Assembly (NCBI GenBank): GCA_027003075.1
Contig: JALWYV010000010.1
Coordinates: forward strand, 3,900 to 67,899
DNA length: 64,000 bases
Direction of reading: 5' to 3'
Origin: a candidate division WOR-3 bacterium
GTDB taxonomy: Bacteria; Hydrothermota; Hydrothermia; LBFQ01
The notes under the pieces were generated by a model. That model did not search any database and was not told where the DNA came from. It saw only the letters and a list, made by a program, of their open reading frames with translations. A program made the translations under genes and the position numbers. This document shows positions 28,968 to 38,229 of the stretch, piece after piece. Positions within the stretch are counted from its first letter, which is position 1; each line of letters opens with the position of its first letter.

Positions 28968-30290
28968 ATGGTGATGGTACTTGTGGCGTCGTTTTCTCAG
29001 GTGTGGAGGGTAAGAGGATACTCCTTTCTGCTTCAACCTCACGTCACGAAGATTGATAACACCTGGATGCTGTTCTTGAGATCAAAGGGGTTATGGTATA
29101 TTCTAAACGACACCACGTGGGTGTTGAGGGACAGCACAGGTATGTTTTATCTTGGTCACTATGACAGCGACAGGGATGGGAGAGAGGAGTTGTACTTCTA
29201 CGCATTAAGAAACGGGCCAGATACATTCTACATCTTTGAGGCAGACAGTCTGGGAAACTTTGACATCACAAGAGACAAGGCCGTATACGTAGATATAGCC
29301 TCAGGGAGCAACATGATGATGCCGGGTCCTCCCACGTGTTATTTTGGAGATGCTGACAGGGATGGGTACAGGGACGTGATATGCACACCCTACGCCTACG
29401 ACAGTTCAGTAGTGGGATGTGAATTATGCCCCTGGGCAGTGATGTTTGAAAGTGTAGGCGATAACTTATGGGAGAGGAAAGTTTTGACAAGCGATGCTCC
29501 TCGTTATCCTGCTCCCACGATGATAGACAGCGACAGGGATGGTAAGCCTGAGTTTGTGGGCAGTGGAGTGATATACGAGGTTGTAGGGGATGACTCGGTA
29601 GAGGAAGTAGCGAGGTTTAACCTGCCCCGTGCCAGTTATGCCTTGATGGTAAACGACGCCGATGGAGATGGTAGGCCGGAGATAGTGCTGTACGGTTTCG
29701 GTGGTACGAGTGGTATTCTCTACTTCCACGTCTACATCCTTGAGGCCGATACCGATAACTCATGGAACGTTGTCAAGCATATGATTATTGATAGTAGTGG
29801 GGCTGTGTGGATGGGTAGCGGCAACAGTGGAGATATAGACGGGGATGGGAGGCCTGAGTTGTTGATGGGGGGGTTTGGAAGGGTAAGGGTGTTGAAAGCC
29901 GTTGGCGATGACGATTACGAGGAGATAGGGGTGTTGAACGGTAGCATCTCGGACGTATCCGTCAGCAACGTCTACGACATGGATGAAGATGGACTTATGG
30001 AGTTTGCCGTGTCCTATTATTACGGCAGTGGTGTAGGCACGACCGTGGGTTACGAGTACGCACCTTTGAGTGTTGGGGAGCGAGAGGATAGGCCTATATC
30101 CTCTGCCGTTATAGGGCGTGAATTTGTAGAGGTTAAGCATGTGGGTGTGGTGAGGGTATACGACGCCTCAGGTAGGGAGGTTAGGAGGGCAGAGGTTGAG
30201 GGCAAAGGTAAGGTGTACGTTGGTGATCTACCTTCAGGTGTTTACTTCTTGCGCTTAGGCAGGAAAACGATTAAGTTTATAAGGAGGTAG
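28968..30290 (+). CDS. FG-GAP / VCBS-repeat protein with a T9SS C-terminal sorting domain
   Basis: 440 aa. Repeated Ca-binding-like DxDxDGxxE loops (DSDRDGREEL, DADRDGYRDV, DSDRDGKPEF, DADGDGRPEI, DIDGDGRPEL). The CTD (...VYDASGREVRRAEVEGKGKVYVGDLPSGVYFLRLGRKTIKFIRR) is near-identical to that of the upstream gene. Confidence 0.65.
   Translation: MVMVLVASFSQVWRVRGYSFLLQPHVTKIDNTWMLFLRSKGLWYILNDTTWVLRDSTGMFYLGHYDSDRDGREELYFYALRNGPDTFYIFEADSLGNFDITRDKAVYVDIASGSNMMMPGPPTCYFGDADRDGYRDVICTPYAYDSSVVGCELCPWAVMFESVGDNLWERKVLTSDAPRYPAPTMIDSDRDGKPEFVGSGVIYEVVGDDSVEEVARFNLPRASYALMVNDADGDGRPEIVLYGFGGTSGILYFHVYILEADTDNSWNVVKHMIIDSSGAVWMGSGNSGDIDGDGRPELLMGGFGRVRVLKAVGDDDYEEIGVLNGSISDVSVSNVYDMDEDGLMEFAVSYYYGSGVGTTVGYEYAPLSVGEREDRPISSAVIGREFVEVKHVGVVRVYDASGREVRRAEVEGKGKVYVGDLPSGVYFLRLGRKTIKFIRR
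30091..30290 (+). repeat. Copy 2 of the ~200-bp CTD-encoding duplication
   Basis: See copy 1 (28764-28963). Confidence 0.85.
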
Positions 30291-30291
30291 C

Positions 30292-30750
30292 TCACTCCTC
30301 TATTATCTCCCTCTGTATCCCGTAGGGCGTTGGCGTCTCCTTGATTATCCTGTACTTCCGGAACTTTACCGCCCACCTGCGGAACTCAAACTTTAACTTC
30401 ATCCGGTAGGACCTCTGCTCCAGAAATACAGTCGTATCCACCGTTGGTGTCTTTTTATAGTGCCACGTGTACTCTACCACCACCAACCCCGGTTTCACCT
30501 TAGAGACGTCGTGGATCGTATGTTTGTACGGTATACCGTACCTCTTAAAGTAATTTTGCCAGTACTTAACGAAGTCTTTGTAAGGGGTATACCTGCGGGA
30601 AACTCCGTCTATGAGCATGTAAGCCTTCTTAAAGTCTCCACTCTCTATCGCCTTTAGATAGGCGTGGGCAACGGCCTCCGGGTCAAGGGTGTTGACGTTC
30701 ACCGTACAGCCTGCAATTCCCAATACTGCAATCAGAACGAGTTTTTTCAT
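30292..30750 (-). CDS. Hypothetical lipoprotein (NTF2-like/DUF4878-like fold suspected)
   Basis: Signal peptide with lipobox (VLGIAGCTV). 152 aa. Confidence 0.4.
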   Translation of the reverse strand: MKKLVLIAVLGIAGCTVNVNTLDPEAVAHAYLKAIESGDFKKAYMLIDGVSRRYTPYKDFVKYWQNYFKRYGIPYKHTIHDVSKVKPGLVVVEYTWHYKKTPTVDTTVFLEQRSYRMKLKFEFRRWAVKFRKYRIIKETPTPYGIQREIIEE

Positions 30751-30776
30751 CTTACTACCCCATTCTAAGGTCGGGA

Positions 30777-31412
30777 TCAGATCTCCTCTAACGGCCGGTG
30801 TTTGATTATTTCGCCCTCAACTATGAAGACGACATCCTCTGCTATGTTTGTGGCCAGATCGGCTATCCTCTCAAAGTTCTGGGCTATGCTCACGGTCTTA
30901 AGGGCCACGGGAGTGGGCAGGGTATCAACCGCCCTCTTCAGTATCTTGTCCCTCAGGGCGTCCACAACGTAATCTGATTTCCAGATCTCCCTCGCGAGCT
31001 CGGCGTCCCGGTTTTTAAAGGAGGAGTAAGCCTCCACGAAGGCCCTGCGGGATAGATCCCGTATCAGGGCTATATCCTCCCAGAGGTCCCCGAGGTTCTC
31101 CCCCTTCTCCCGGAAGAACTTCACGTCCCGAGCCACGTTCTCGGCGTGGTCCCCGATCCTCTCAAGATCGTTGTTGATCTTCAGGGCCATGAGTATCTCC
31201 CGCAGAGGGGAAGCCTCCGGATGGTACAGGGCTATGGTCTGGACTATGAGTTCGTCTATCTCTATCTCAAGGGCGTTTACCTTCTTCTCGTTGCTCAGGG
31301 TCTCCTCGGGGCGGTCAAGGGCGTTATCTATCATATCAACGATGGTGGAGTACATCTCGTCCAGTCTGGACTCAATCTTCTGGATGGCCTGCTCCAGAGG
31401 GCTATAGCTCAA
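30777..31412 (-). CDS. phoU: Phosphate signalling complex protein PhoU
   Basis: 211 aa. Two PhoU repeats with conserved ...NNDLERIGDHAENVAR... and ...NFERIADLATNIAEDV.... Confidence 0.85.
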   Translation of the reverse strand: MSYSPLEQAIQKIESRLDEMYSTIVDMIDNALDRPEETLSNEKKVNALEIEIDELIVQTIALYHPEASPLREILMALKINNDLERIGDHAENVARDVKFFREKGENLGDLWEDIALIRDLSRRAFVEAYSSFKNRDAELAREIWKSDYVVDALRDKILKRAVDTLPTPVALKTVSIAQNFERIADLATNIAEDVVFIVEGEIIKHRPLEEI

Positions 31413-32067
31413 ACGTCTCCCCCGGCTTCAGTACTACCACCTTTGCGGTATCTCCTACCAGAGCAGCGAACTTTTCGGGGTCGGCCTTGATGAGCGGGAA
31501 GGTGTTATAGTGCATGGGTATAACAACTTTAGGCTTTACGAACTTCACGGCTCTGGCCGCCTGCTCCTCGTCCATTGTGAACCTTCCACCGATCGGAACG
31601 AGGAGGACGTCGGGGTGGTACATATCCCCTATGAGCTTCATGTCGGAGAAGAGACCGGTATCGCCAGTATGGTAGATCGTAAAACCGTCCATACGGACGA
31701 CCACGCCGGTGGGATCCCCCTCTTCGGCCGTGTGCCACGCCTGAGTAAAGGAGACCTGCACACCGGTTCCTCCCGCGTCCACGAAACCACCTATGTTCAT
31801 CGGCTCCACCCTCTCAAGACCGGACTTAACGACCAGTTCGTACTGGGAGGCAAAGACGGCCCCCGTCCGCTTTGCTATCTTAACCGCATCCTCAAAGCCG
31901 TGATCCCCGTGGCTGTGGGTCACTATGACCACGTCCGCCCTGTCTATATCTTCGGGTGATTTCAGGGAAGAAGAGGGGTTCCCGCTTATCCACGGGTCTA
32001 TCAGGACAACCCTACTCCCCTCTATTTTAAATGCCGCATGCCCGAGCCATGTGATCTTGACTGCCAT
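31402..32067 (-). CDS. Metallo-beta-lactamase-fold metal-dependent hydrolase (UPF0173 family)
   Basis: HxHxDH motif VIVTHSHGDHG. ~220 aa, the typical size for the MAVKITWLGHAAF...-starting family. Confidence 0.7.
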   Translation of the reverse strand: MAVKITWLGHAAFKIEGSRVVLIDPWISGNPSSSLKSPEDIDRADVVIVTHSHGDHGFEDAVKIAKRTGAVFASQYELVVKSGLERVEPMNIGGFVDAGGTGVQVSFTQAWHTAEEGDPTGVVVRMDGFTIYHTGDTGLFSDMKLIGDMYHPDVLLVPIGGRFTMDEEQAARAVKFVKPKVVIPMHYNTFPLIKADPEKFAALVGDTAKVVVLKPGETFEL

Positions 32068-32151
32068 AGATGATATTTTAAACCGGAAGCCTTCCTGATG
32101 GGCTGCCGATCACGGCTAAGAAAGTTTGAACCCACTTTAGAATTGTAAGAG

Positions 32152-33798
32152 TTGAAGCGCCTCTTTCTTCCCCTTGTCCTGTCCATAGTGATGCCCATCT
32201 TTATAGGTGCCGCCTATCTGAGGAGGATAAACGATCCGTCCCTGAAGGGTAAAGACGTGAGCAACTACACCCGTCGCATCCCGCTCGGTATAGTCAGGGG
32301 TACCCTGCTTGACAGGAAGGGAAGACCCCTTACCATGCCAGAGGTAAGATGGAAGGTTATCCAGTTCAACCTCCGCAGGGAAATTGAGGAGGTCGATCTG
32401 AAAGGCCTCAGGATACTTCTAAGTAGGAAGTTTAAGGTGAAGCCTTACCGTTACCTCGGTTTTAGCGATATAAAGGGGCTATCTCAGGAAGACGTTTACG
32501 AGGTCATGAAGCACAGGACGTTCTTCAGGAGCATAGAAGTCGTCCCCACGGTCAACCACAGGCTGGTATGCCGGGAATGTTTCCACACCGTAGGACGGAC
32601 GACCTCTGACGGCGAGGGACTTTTCGGGCTTGAAAAGCTGTATAACAGACACCTTAAAGGGGAACTGGGGCACGTAATCTTAAAGGTAGATGCCCGGGGC
32701 AACCTGATAGACGAGCCAAAGGTTCTGATCTATCAAAACCCTACGAACGTACGGACATATTTAGATCTGGACCTTTACCGACTCGTTGACTCTCTCATGG
32801 CGCCGTACGGAAGGGGAGCAGCCTTCGCCTTCAACCCGAAGACGGGGGAAGTGTACCTTATATACTCCAGACCGGGGCCCTACGATACGGCCGCCTCACC
32901 GGAAGATTCCCCTCTTCTTAACCGTGCAATCGCCGGACTGTACCCACCCGGTTCAACCTTCAAACCCTTTGTCGCCCTGCTCGCTCTCAAGCATGGGGTT
33001 ATAGATACGACCTTTGGGGTAGGGTGTCGGGGATACGTTCGGCTGGGAAGGAGGAGGTTCAGGTGCTGGTCCGTTCACGGGTACACGCGACTCATGAAGG
33101 CCATAGCCCAGTCCTGTAACGTCTTCTTCTACAACGTTGGCGCCCGTTTCGGTCCTGACCGTTTCGTTAAGGCCGTCCACTCCACCGGTATATTCGGCAG
33201 GAAGCTTACCCCCCTTCCGGAGGAGGTTCCCTCCCGTTTTCCCCGAAAGGCCCGGTACTACGGTTCCGTACTCAACTACTCCATCGGTCAGGGGGAGATA
33301 CTGGTCACTCCTACATTTTTAGCCGTAGAGGCCGGACTGATCGGAAACCGTGGGTGGGTCGTCCTTCCACGCTTCTCACCTCTGGACAGGCCCGAAACCC
33401 TCCGGGTGGATGCCCCGGACTGGGCTTACGAGAAGGTCAGAGAGGGGATGCTCGCCGTGGTTGAGTGGGGGACGGCCATGGCCTCCCGCATACCCGGTTT
33501 CCGGTACGGGGGTAAGACGGGAACCGCCCAGAACCCCCACGGGGAGGATCACTCCCTGTTCATAGCCTTCGCCCCCTACGACGACCCGACGTTTGCCGTG
33601 GCGGTGGTCGTGGAGAACGCCGGACACGGTAGTTCGGCCGCCGCACCTATAGCCGCCATGCTAATAAGGGAACACTTCGGCCTGAAGGAACTTCCCCTGT
33701 ACTACGCGTGGAGGGTAAACGCGGGTGTATCGGAGCGCAGGGATACGGTGGATCGGTTGAAGCTCCTTGATGAAATAGAAGAGGAGACAGATATGTGA
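32152..33798 (+). CDS. mrdA: Penicillin-binding protein 2-type peptidoglycan D,D-transpeptidase
   Basis: N-terminal TM anchor. Dimerisation domain. Transpeptidase motifs STFKPF (SxxK), SCN (SxN) and KTGTA. 548 aa. Confidence 0.8.
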   Translation: MKRLFLPLVLSIVMPIFIGAAYLRRINDPSLKGKDVSNYTRRIPLGIVRGTLLDRKGRPLTMPEVRWKVIQFNLRREIEEVDLKGLRILLSRKFKVKPYRYLGFSDIKGLSQEDVYEVMKHRTFFRSIEVVPTVNHRLVCRECFHTVGRTTSDGEGLFGLEKLYNRHLKGELGHVILKVDARGNLIDEPKVLIYQNPTNVRTYLDLDLYRLVDSLMAPYGRGAAFAFNPKTGEVYLIYSRPGPYDTAASPEDSPLLNRAIAGLYPPGSTFKPFVALLALKHGVIDTTFGVGCRGYVRLGRRRFRCWSVHGYTRLMKAIAQSCNVFFYNVGARFGPDRFVKAVHSTGIFGRKLTPLPEEVPSRFPRKARYYGSVLNYSIGQGEILVTPTFLAVEAGLIGNRGWVVLPRFSPLDRPETLRVDAPDWAYEKVREGMLAVVEWGTAMASRIPGFRYGGKTGTAQNPHGEDHSLFIAFAPYDDPTFAVAVVVENAGHGSSAAAPIAAMLIREHFGLKELPLYYAWRVNAGVSERRDTVDRLKLLDEIEEETDM

Positions 33799-33829
33799 AT
33801 GGGAAATATCCACCCGAGTACCTTTCTGC

Positions 33830-35790
33830 TATAGAATCCTTTACTAAATTACTGAAGTGGAGGGAGAATGATACGGAAAATTAGGATAAGGAATTTTAGA
33901 AGTCTAAAAAATGTAGAAATATCACTAGAAGATAAACTTACTGTTTTGGTTGGTGAAAATGATACTGGTAAAACATCAATAATAGATGCATTAAAAATAG
34001 TTTTTGAAGGTAAAAATCCTGAAGTTGATGATTTTCATTGGGGGACAGATGAGATTAGTATAGAAGTTGAACTTAATGACAGGTATTTCGTTAAACAATT
34101 TTTAAAAAATGATGACAATAGTATAGAATCCAAAAGCATGATTAAGATAAAAAAGGAAGCTCTAGATAGGTTTCAGAATGAAGCGGATTCCATAGATCTG
34201 GATAATTTAAAAAATAACAACGAAAACGGGGAAATATATAAACGTCTTAGAGATTTAGCCAGCACTTTGTGTATCAAAATTAGGAGTAATAGCAAAATTG
34301 ACACTATTAAGGATAAAATTATAAACAAAATTAAAGAGTATAAAAATGTCGGATTTATTGAATGTAATATACCTACATATAATATCTATTTTCTGGATGG
34401 AAAACATTTCGAGAGTATATCTAAATTTTTTCAAGAAATTTTCTTTAAAGAAAAAAGTAAGAATATATGGAATGAAGAAGTTGAAGAGGGTAGGTCTATT
34501 AAAGATATAATTAAGGAAAAACTTGATATATATGCTGAAAATTTAAAATCGGAAATAGAAAATAAAGGTATAAAAGATAAGATAAAAGCTTTTCTTCCAG
34601 AGTTGCAGGAAATATCTATTAACCCCGTTTTTGAGCCGAGTAGTATAAAAATAGGTATTGAGGTTCAGCTTTTAGAAACTGGGGGCAAGAAGATCCGTGT
34701 TGACAAAAAGGGTGATGGAACGAAAAGAAGAATTACTATGGCCTTATTAGAATATAAAAGGTCTCAAGATAAAGAACCGTCACTCTATGTATTTGATGAG
34801 CCTGATACACATTTGCACGTAAAGGCACAGGTTGATCTATTAAATATAATAAGAAAATTCAATGAAAATGGAAAACAAGTAATTATAGTTACCCACTCGC
34901 CATTTATAATGAATGCTGTAAGGCCACAAGAAATAAGATTACTTTTATTACAGAATGGGGAAACCATCGTAAAATCTCTATCACTAGAAAAAGATATTGA
35001 GTGGGCTTTAAAGAGATTGGGAATTGAAAATGTAATATTATTTTTCTCACGAAAAATCTTGATTGTTGAGGGGAAAACTGAAGAGGTATTTATTCCTCTA
35101 ATGTATGAAAAATTGTTTAACACAAGCCTTTACAGCGATTTGGTTAAAGTAGTTAAAAGAGAAGGTATAACGGACGTTCCAAGATTTGCAAAAGTATTAT
35201 CTGAGTTTATCAAACCTAAAGATATATTTATATTGATAGATAATGATGCGGATGAGAGAACAAGGGATATAATAAATACTCTTCAAATACCGGAAGAAAA
35301 TATATTTAAGATAGGCAATAAAGAATTTGAGGACGCCTTTGAACCCGAAGTTATTTATGAAGCTTGGAAAATATTTACTGAAACTAGAGGAAAGAAAATC
35401 GGACCTAGTTGGACTATTAAAAATATAAGAGAATTAAGGGATAAATGTGTAAAAGATGGTTTAAAATTCAGTGAAAAATTAAAGGAGTTAAATAAAAAAG
35501 GTTCAATGAGAATGGATAAGCCGACGTTTGCTCAAGCTTTGGCCGAATATTGCAATAAGGAACATTTACCCGAGCAGTTTATTGATTTGTTGAATAAACT
35601 AAGATATTAAATAGAATGAAAATACCTTTATTAATGGTTCATATGAATGTTCTAGCTGTTATTATAAACCCCCAATTTAAGATTTGCTGGTGTAAGCAAT
35701 CTTCACGTTTATATACTACTCTTCCGATTCTCCGATTTGACAGAGCTATTTTTGTAGTGGGATCTTCGTTCCTTTGTAAGATATCTTGCT
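33830..35790. mobile_element. Compositionally foreign AT-rich islet (~2 kb) carrying the OLD-family nuclease gene; no integrase or direct repeats recognised
   Basis: GC content shifts abruptly immediately after the PBP2 stop (33798) and returns near 35790. The single cargo gene is a defence-type nuclease. Confidence 0.55.
33868..35610 (+). CDS. OLD-family ATP-dependent endonuclease (N-terminal ABC-type ATPase + C-terminal TOPRIM); class-1 OLD / GajA-like
   Basis: 580 aa. Walker A GENDTGKTS, Walker B plus H-loop LYVFDEPDTHLH, TOPRIM glutamate motif ILIVEGKTEEVF, and DxD motif ILIDNDADE. The gene is strongly AT-rich (many AAA/AAT/ATA codons) in an otherwise GC-rich window. Confidence 0.85.
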   Translation: MIRKIRIRNFRSLKNVEISLEDKLTVLVGENDTGKTSIIDALKIVFEGKNPEVDDFHWGTDEISIEVELNDRYFVKQFLKNDDNSIESKSMIKIKKEALDRFQNEADSIDLDNLKNNNENGEIYKRLRDLASTLCIKIRSNSKIDTIKDKIINKIKEYKNVGFIECNIPTYNIYFLDGKHFESISKFFQEIFFKEKSKNIWNEEVEEGRSIKDIIKEKLDIYAENLKSEIENKGIKDKIKAFLPELQEISINPVFEPSSIKIGIEVQLLETGGKKIRVDKKGDGTKRRITMALLEYKRSQDKEPSLYVFDEPDTHLHVKAQVDLLNIIRKFNENGKQVIIVTHSPFIMNAVRPQEIRLLLLQNGETIVKSLSLEKDIEWALKRLGIENVILFFSRKILIVEGKTEEVFIPLMYEKLFNTSLYSDLVKVVKREGITDVPRFAKVLSEFIKPKDIFILIDNDADERTRDIINTLQIPEENIFKIGNKEFEDAFEPEVIYEAWKIFTETRGKKIGPSWTIKNIRELRDKCVKDGLKFSEKLKELNKKGSMRMDKPTFAQALAEYCNKEHLPEQFIDLLNKLRY

Positions 35791-36270
35791 GTTTAACGGA
35801 AAACTCCGCTTCAACCTGAGTCCCAGATACAGGAGATACTCCCACGCCAATATCACCTCAAGCGAGTACGGGGGTTCGGCTTCTCTAACCGTCTTTGCCT
35901 TCGTTGGCATACTTCGGGCCCAGATAGACTACACGGCTCCCCGGAGGGCTGTATAGGGGCTGTACGTATACACCCGACTGACCTTTATAACGCAGGTAAG
36001 GGGCTTCTCCCTCGTCCTATTGGCCACGGACCCCTTCAATCTCTGGAAGTACGAGATAACGGTTGAAAGGAAAAATTACCGCGTCTACAAGTACAACCGC
36101 ATGAAATGGCCCAACGTCAACCTTAACTCTTCAGTACAACCTCAGCAGGGACTTCAGGCTGCCGCGGAAGAGGAAGGTAGGGATAGAGAACACAGGGGAA
36201 AGGGTGCTGAAGTAGAATGCGAAAGTCCACCTCACAAATGAACGCCTTACATCGGTAGAATACTTTCGCT

Positions 36271-37197
36271 ATGATTGTACTGTTCGTCGTTTCTTCCCCC
36301 GACGCAGGCGAGATGGAGATGGGCGGAAAGACCTACCTCAGGTACAGCGTGGAGGCGGCCTCTCCCTACAATAACTACGTCGCTCTGGACCGTATGTACT
36401 TCATAGCAAAGTTCAAAAAGGGTAACCTCCTCGTACGTTTCACGACAGACGTTGCTCCCCTTACGAAACTCGTGGGCGAGACCTCCGAAAAGAGCGCCTA
36501 CTCCGTTTACGTGAAGCACGCCTACGTACAGTGGAAGGCCATGGACAACGCCGCCCGAACCCTTAAAGTACAGTTTGGTGTGGCTCCCACTATCTGGCCG
36601 GGGATGGAGGAGAAGCTGTGGGGGCACCGGTTCGTTGAGAAGACCACCTACGACTACTACAAACTTGAACCCACGGCCGATATGGGTCTGGTGTTCAGGT
36701 ACACGTGCAAGTTGCTGCCGTGGGAGTTGCACACCGGCGTATACAACGGAAACGGTTTCAAGAACCTTGAGAACGACCCCCACAAGGACGTCATGGGACG
36801 CCTCTCCGTATATCCTGCGGAACCCTTTGGTATGGGGAAACTCGTCGGCATCCATATCTTTGGCCATACCACCACACAGGGAATCGGCTTTAAGGACAGG
36901 TACATCGGTGGGATCTCCCTCAACCATTCCCTCCTGACCCTTATGCTATCCCACGCTTACTATACCTCTTCATATAAGTCCTACGTAAAGGGAGGGTCAG
37001 CGTTTGCCATCCTCCACCTCCTTGAGGGACGCCTTAACGTCTTCGGGAGGTACGACCTGATGGACGATTACACCGACCCCTTCATCGTGGGTGGTCTATC
37101 CTACAGGGTAAGCGGTAACCTCCGGTTCGCCCTTTCCTACAAACAGAGGGGCGGGGACAATGCCGTAGTTAGCTTCCATACGGAGGCCAGATTTTAG
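36271..37197 (+). CDS. Outer-membrane beta-barrel porin (phosphate-selective porin O/P-like by context); the 5' end appears truncated with no signal peptide
   Basis: 308 aa. Alternating amphipathic beta-strands, a C-terminal ...SFHTEARF with terminal Phe, and a position directly upstream of pstS. An in-frame stop lies 5 codons upstream of the first ATG, and the N-terminus [14 protein letters not shown] is not a credible signal peptide. Confidence 0.5.
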   Translation: MIVLFVVSSPDAGEMEMGGKTYLRYSVEAASPYNNYVALDRMYFIAKFKKGNLLVRFTTDVAPLTKLVGETSEKSAYSVYVKHAYVQWKAMDNAARTLKVQFGVAPTIWPGMEEKLWGHRFVEKTTYDYYKLEPTADMGLVFRYTCKLLPWELHTGVYNGNGFKNLENDPHKDVMGRLSVYPAEPFGMGKLVGIHIFGHTTTQGIGFKDRYIGGISLNHSLLTLMLSHAYYTSSYKSYVKGGSAFAILHLLEGRLNVFGRYDLMDDYTDPFIVGGLSYRVSGNLRFALSYKQRGGDNAVVSFHTEARF

Positions 37198-37211
37198 GTA
37201 AACCGGAAATC

Positions 37212-38201
37212 ATGTGGAAAAGGTTCGTAATTTTTGCGGGTATAGCCCTGTTTGCTGTGGGGTGTGGTGGAGGCAGGAGAACGAAGATAGTTTCCGTGGA
37301 CGGTTCGTCTACGGTGTACCCGATAACCGAGGCCGTGGCCGAGGAGTTCCAGAAGGACAACCCAGACATTAAGGTGACCGTTGGCATATCGGGTACGGGG
37401 GGCGGGTTCAAAAAGTTCTGCCGCGGAGAGACGGACGTGAACAACGCCTCTCGTCCTATAAAGGCCTCGGAGATTGAGATGTGCAAAAAGAACGGTATAG
37501 AGTTCTACGAGCTCCCAATCGCCTATGACGCCATAACCGTTGTGGTGAATCCGGATAACACCTGGGTGGACTATCTGACGCTTGAAGAACTCCGGAAGAT
37601 ATGGGCGCCGGAGTCTCAGGGAAAGATAACGAAGTGGAGTCAGATAAGGGAGGGATGGCCAGATAAGGAACTCCACCTCTACGGCCCCGGTGTGGACTCC
37701 GGCACGTTTGACTACTTTACCTCCGTAGTAATCGGAAAGGAAGGGGCGAGCAGGGGGGACTACACTTCGTCGGAGGATGACAACGTCCTGGTTCAGGGGG
37801 TGGCATCCGATAAGTACGCCCTTGGATACTTCGGCCTGGCCTATTACCTTGAGAACAAAGATAAGCTGAAGGCCGTACCCATAGACGCCGGTAACGGCCC
37901 GGTAATGCCCACGGTTGAAAACGTCGTATCCGGGAAATACGTCCCCCTTTCCCGTCCCCTCTTCATCTACGTAAGTAAAAAATCCTACGAGACCAAACCC
38001 CACGTCAAGAGGTTCGTGGACTACTACCTCACCCACGTTAAGGACCTGGTCAGGGATGTGGGATACGTAGAGCTTCCCGATGAAGCGTACGAACTCGCCA
38101 AAAAGCGCCTTAAAGAGAGGAGAACCGGTAGCGTCTTCTCCGGGAAAACGAAGGCAGGAATGAAGATAACGGACCTGCTCAAACTGGAAGGCGAGAGGTA
38201 G
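37212..38201 (+). CDS. pstS: Phosphate ABC transporter substrate-binding protein PstS
   Basis: 329 aa. Signal peptide with lipobox. Motifs ...[22 protein letters not shown]...[26 protein letters not shown].... Confidence 0.85.
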   Translation: MWKRFVIFAGIALFAVGCGGGRRTKIVSVDGSSTVYPITEAVAEEFQKDNPDIKVTVGISGTGGGFKKFCRGETDVNNASRPIKASEIEMCKKNGIEFYELPIAYDAITVVVNPDNTWVDYLTLEELRKIWAPESQGKITKWSQIREGWPDKELHLYGPGVDSGTFDYFTSVVIGKEGASRGDYTSSEDDNVLVQGVASDKYALGYFGLAYYLENKDKLKAVPIDAGNGPVMPTVENVVSGKYVPLSRPLFIYVSKKSYETKPHVKRFVDYYLTHVKDLVRDVGYVELPDEAYELAKKRLKERRTGSVFSGKTKAGMKITDLLKLEGER

Positions 38202-38229
38202 GTACCCCATACGGGGTTAAAATGCCGCG

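Noticed and set aside
36247-38210. Minus-strand ORFs 36247..36927 and 37194..38210 overlapping the porin and pstS genes
   Set aside because: They are antisense artefacts. The sense frames carry clear porin and PstS signatures.
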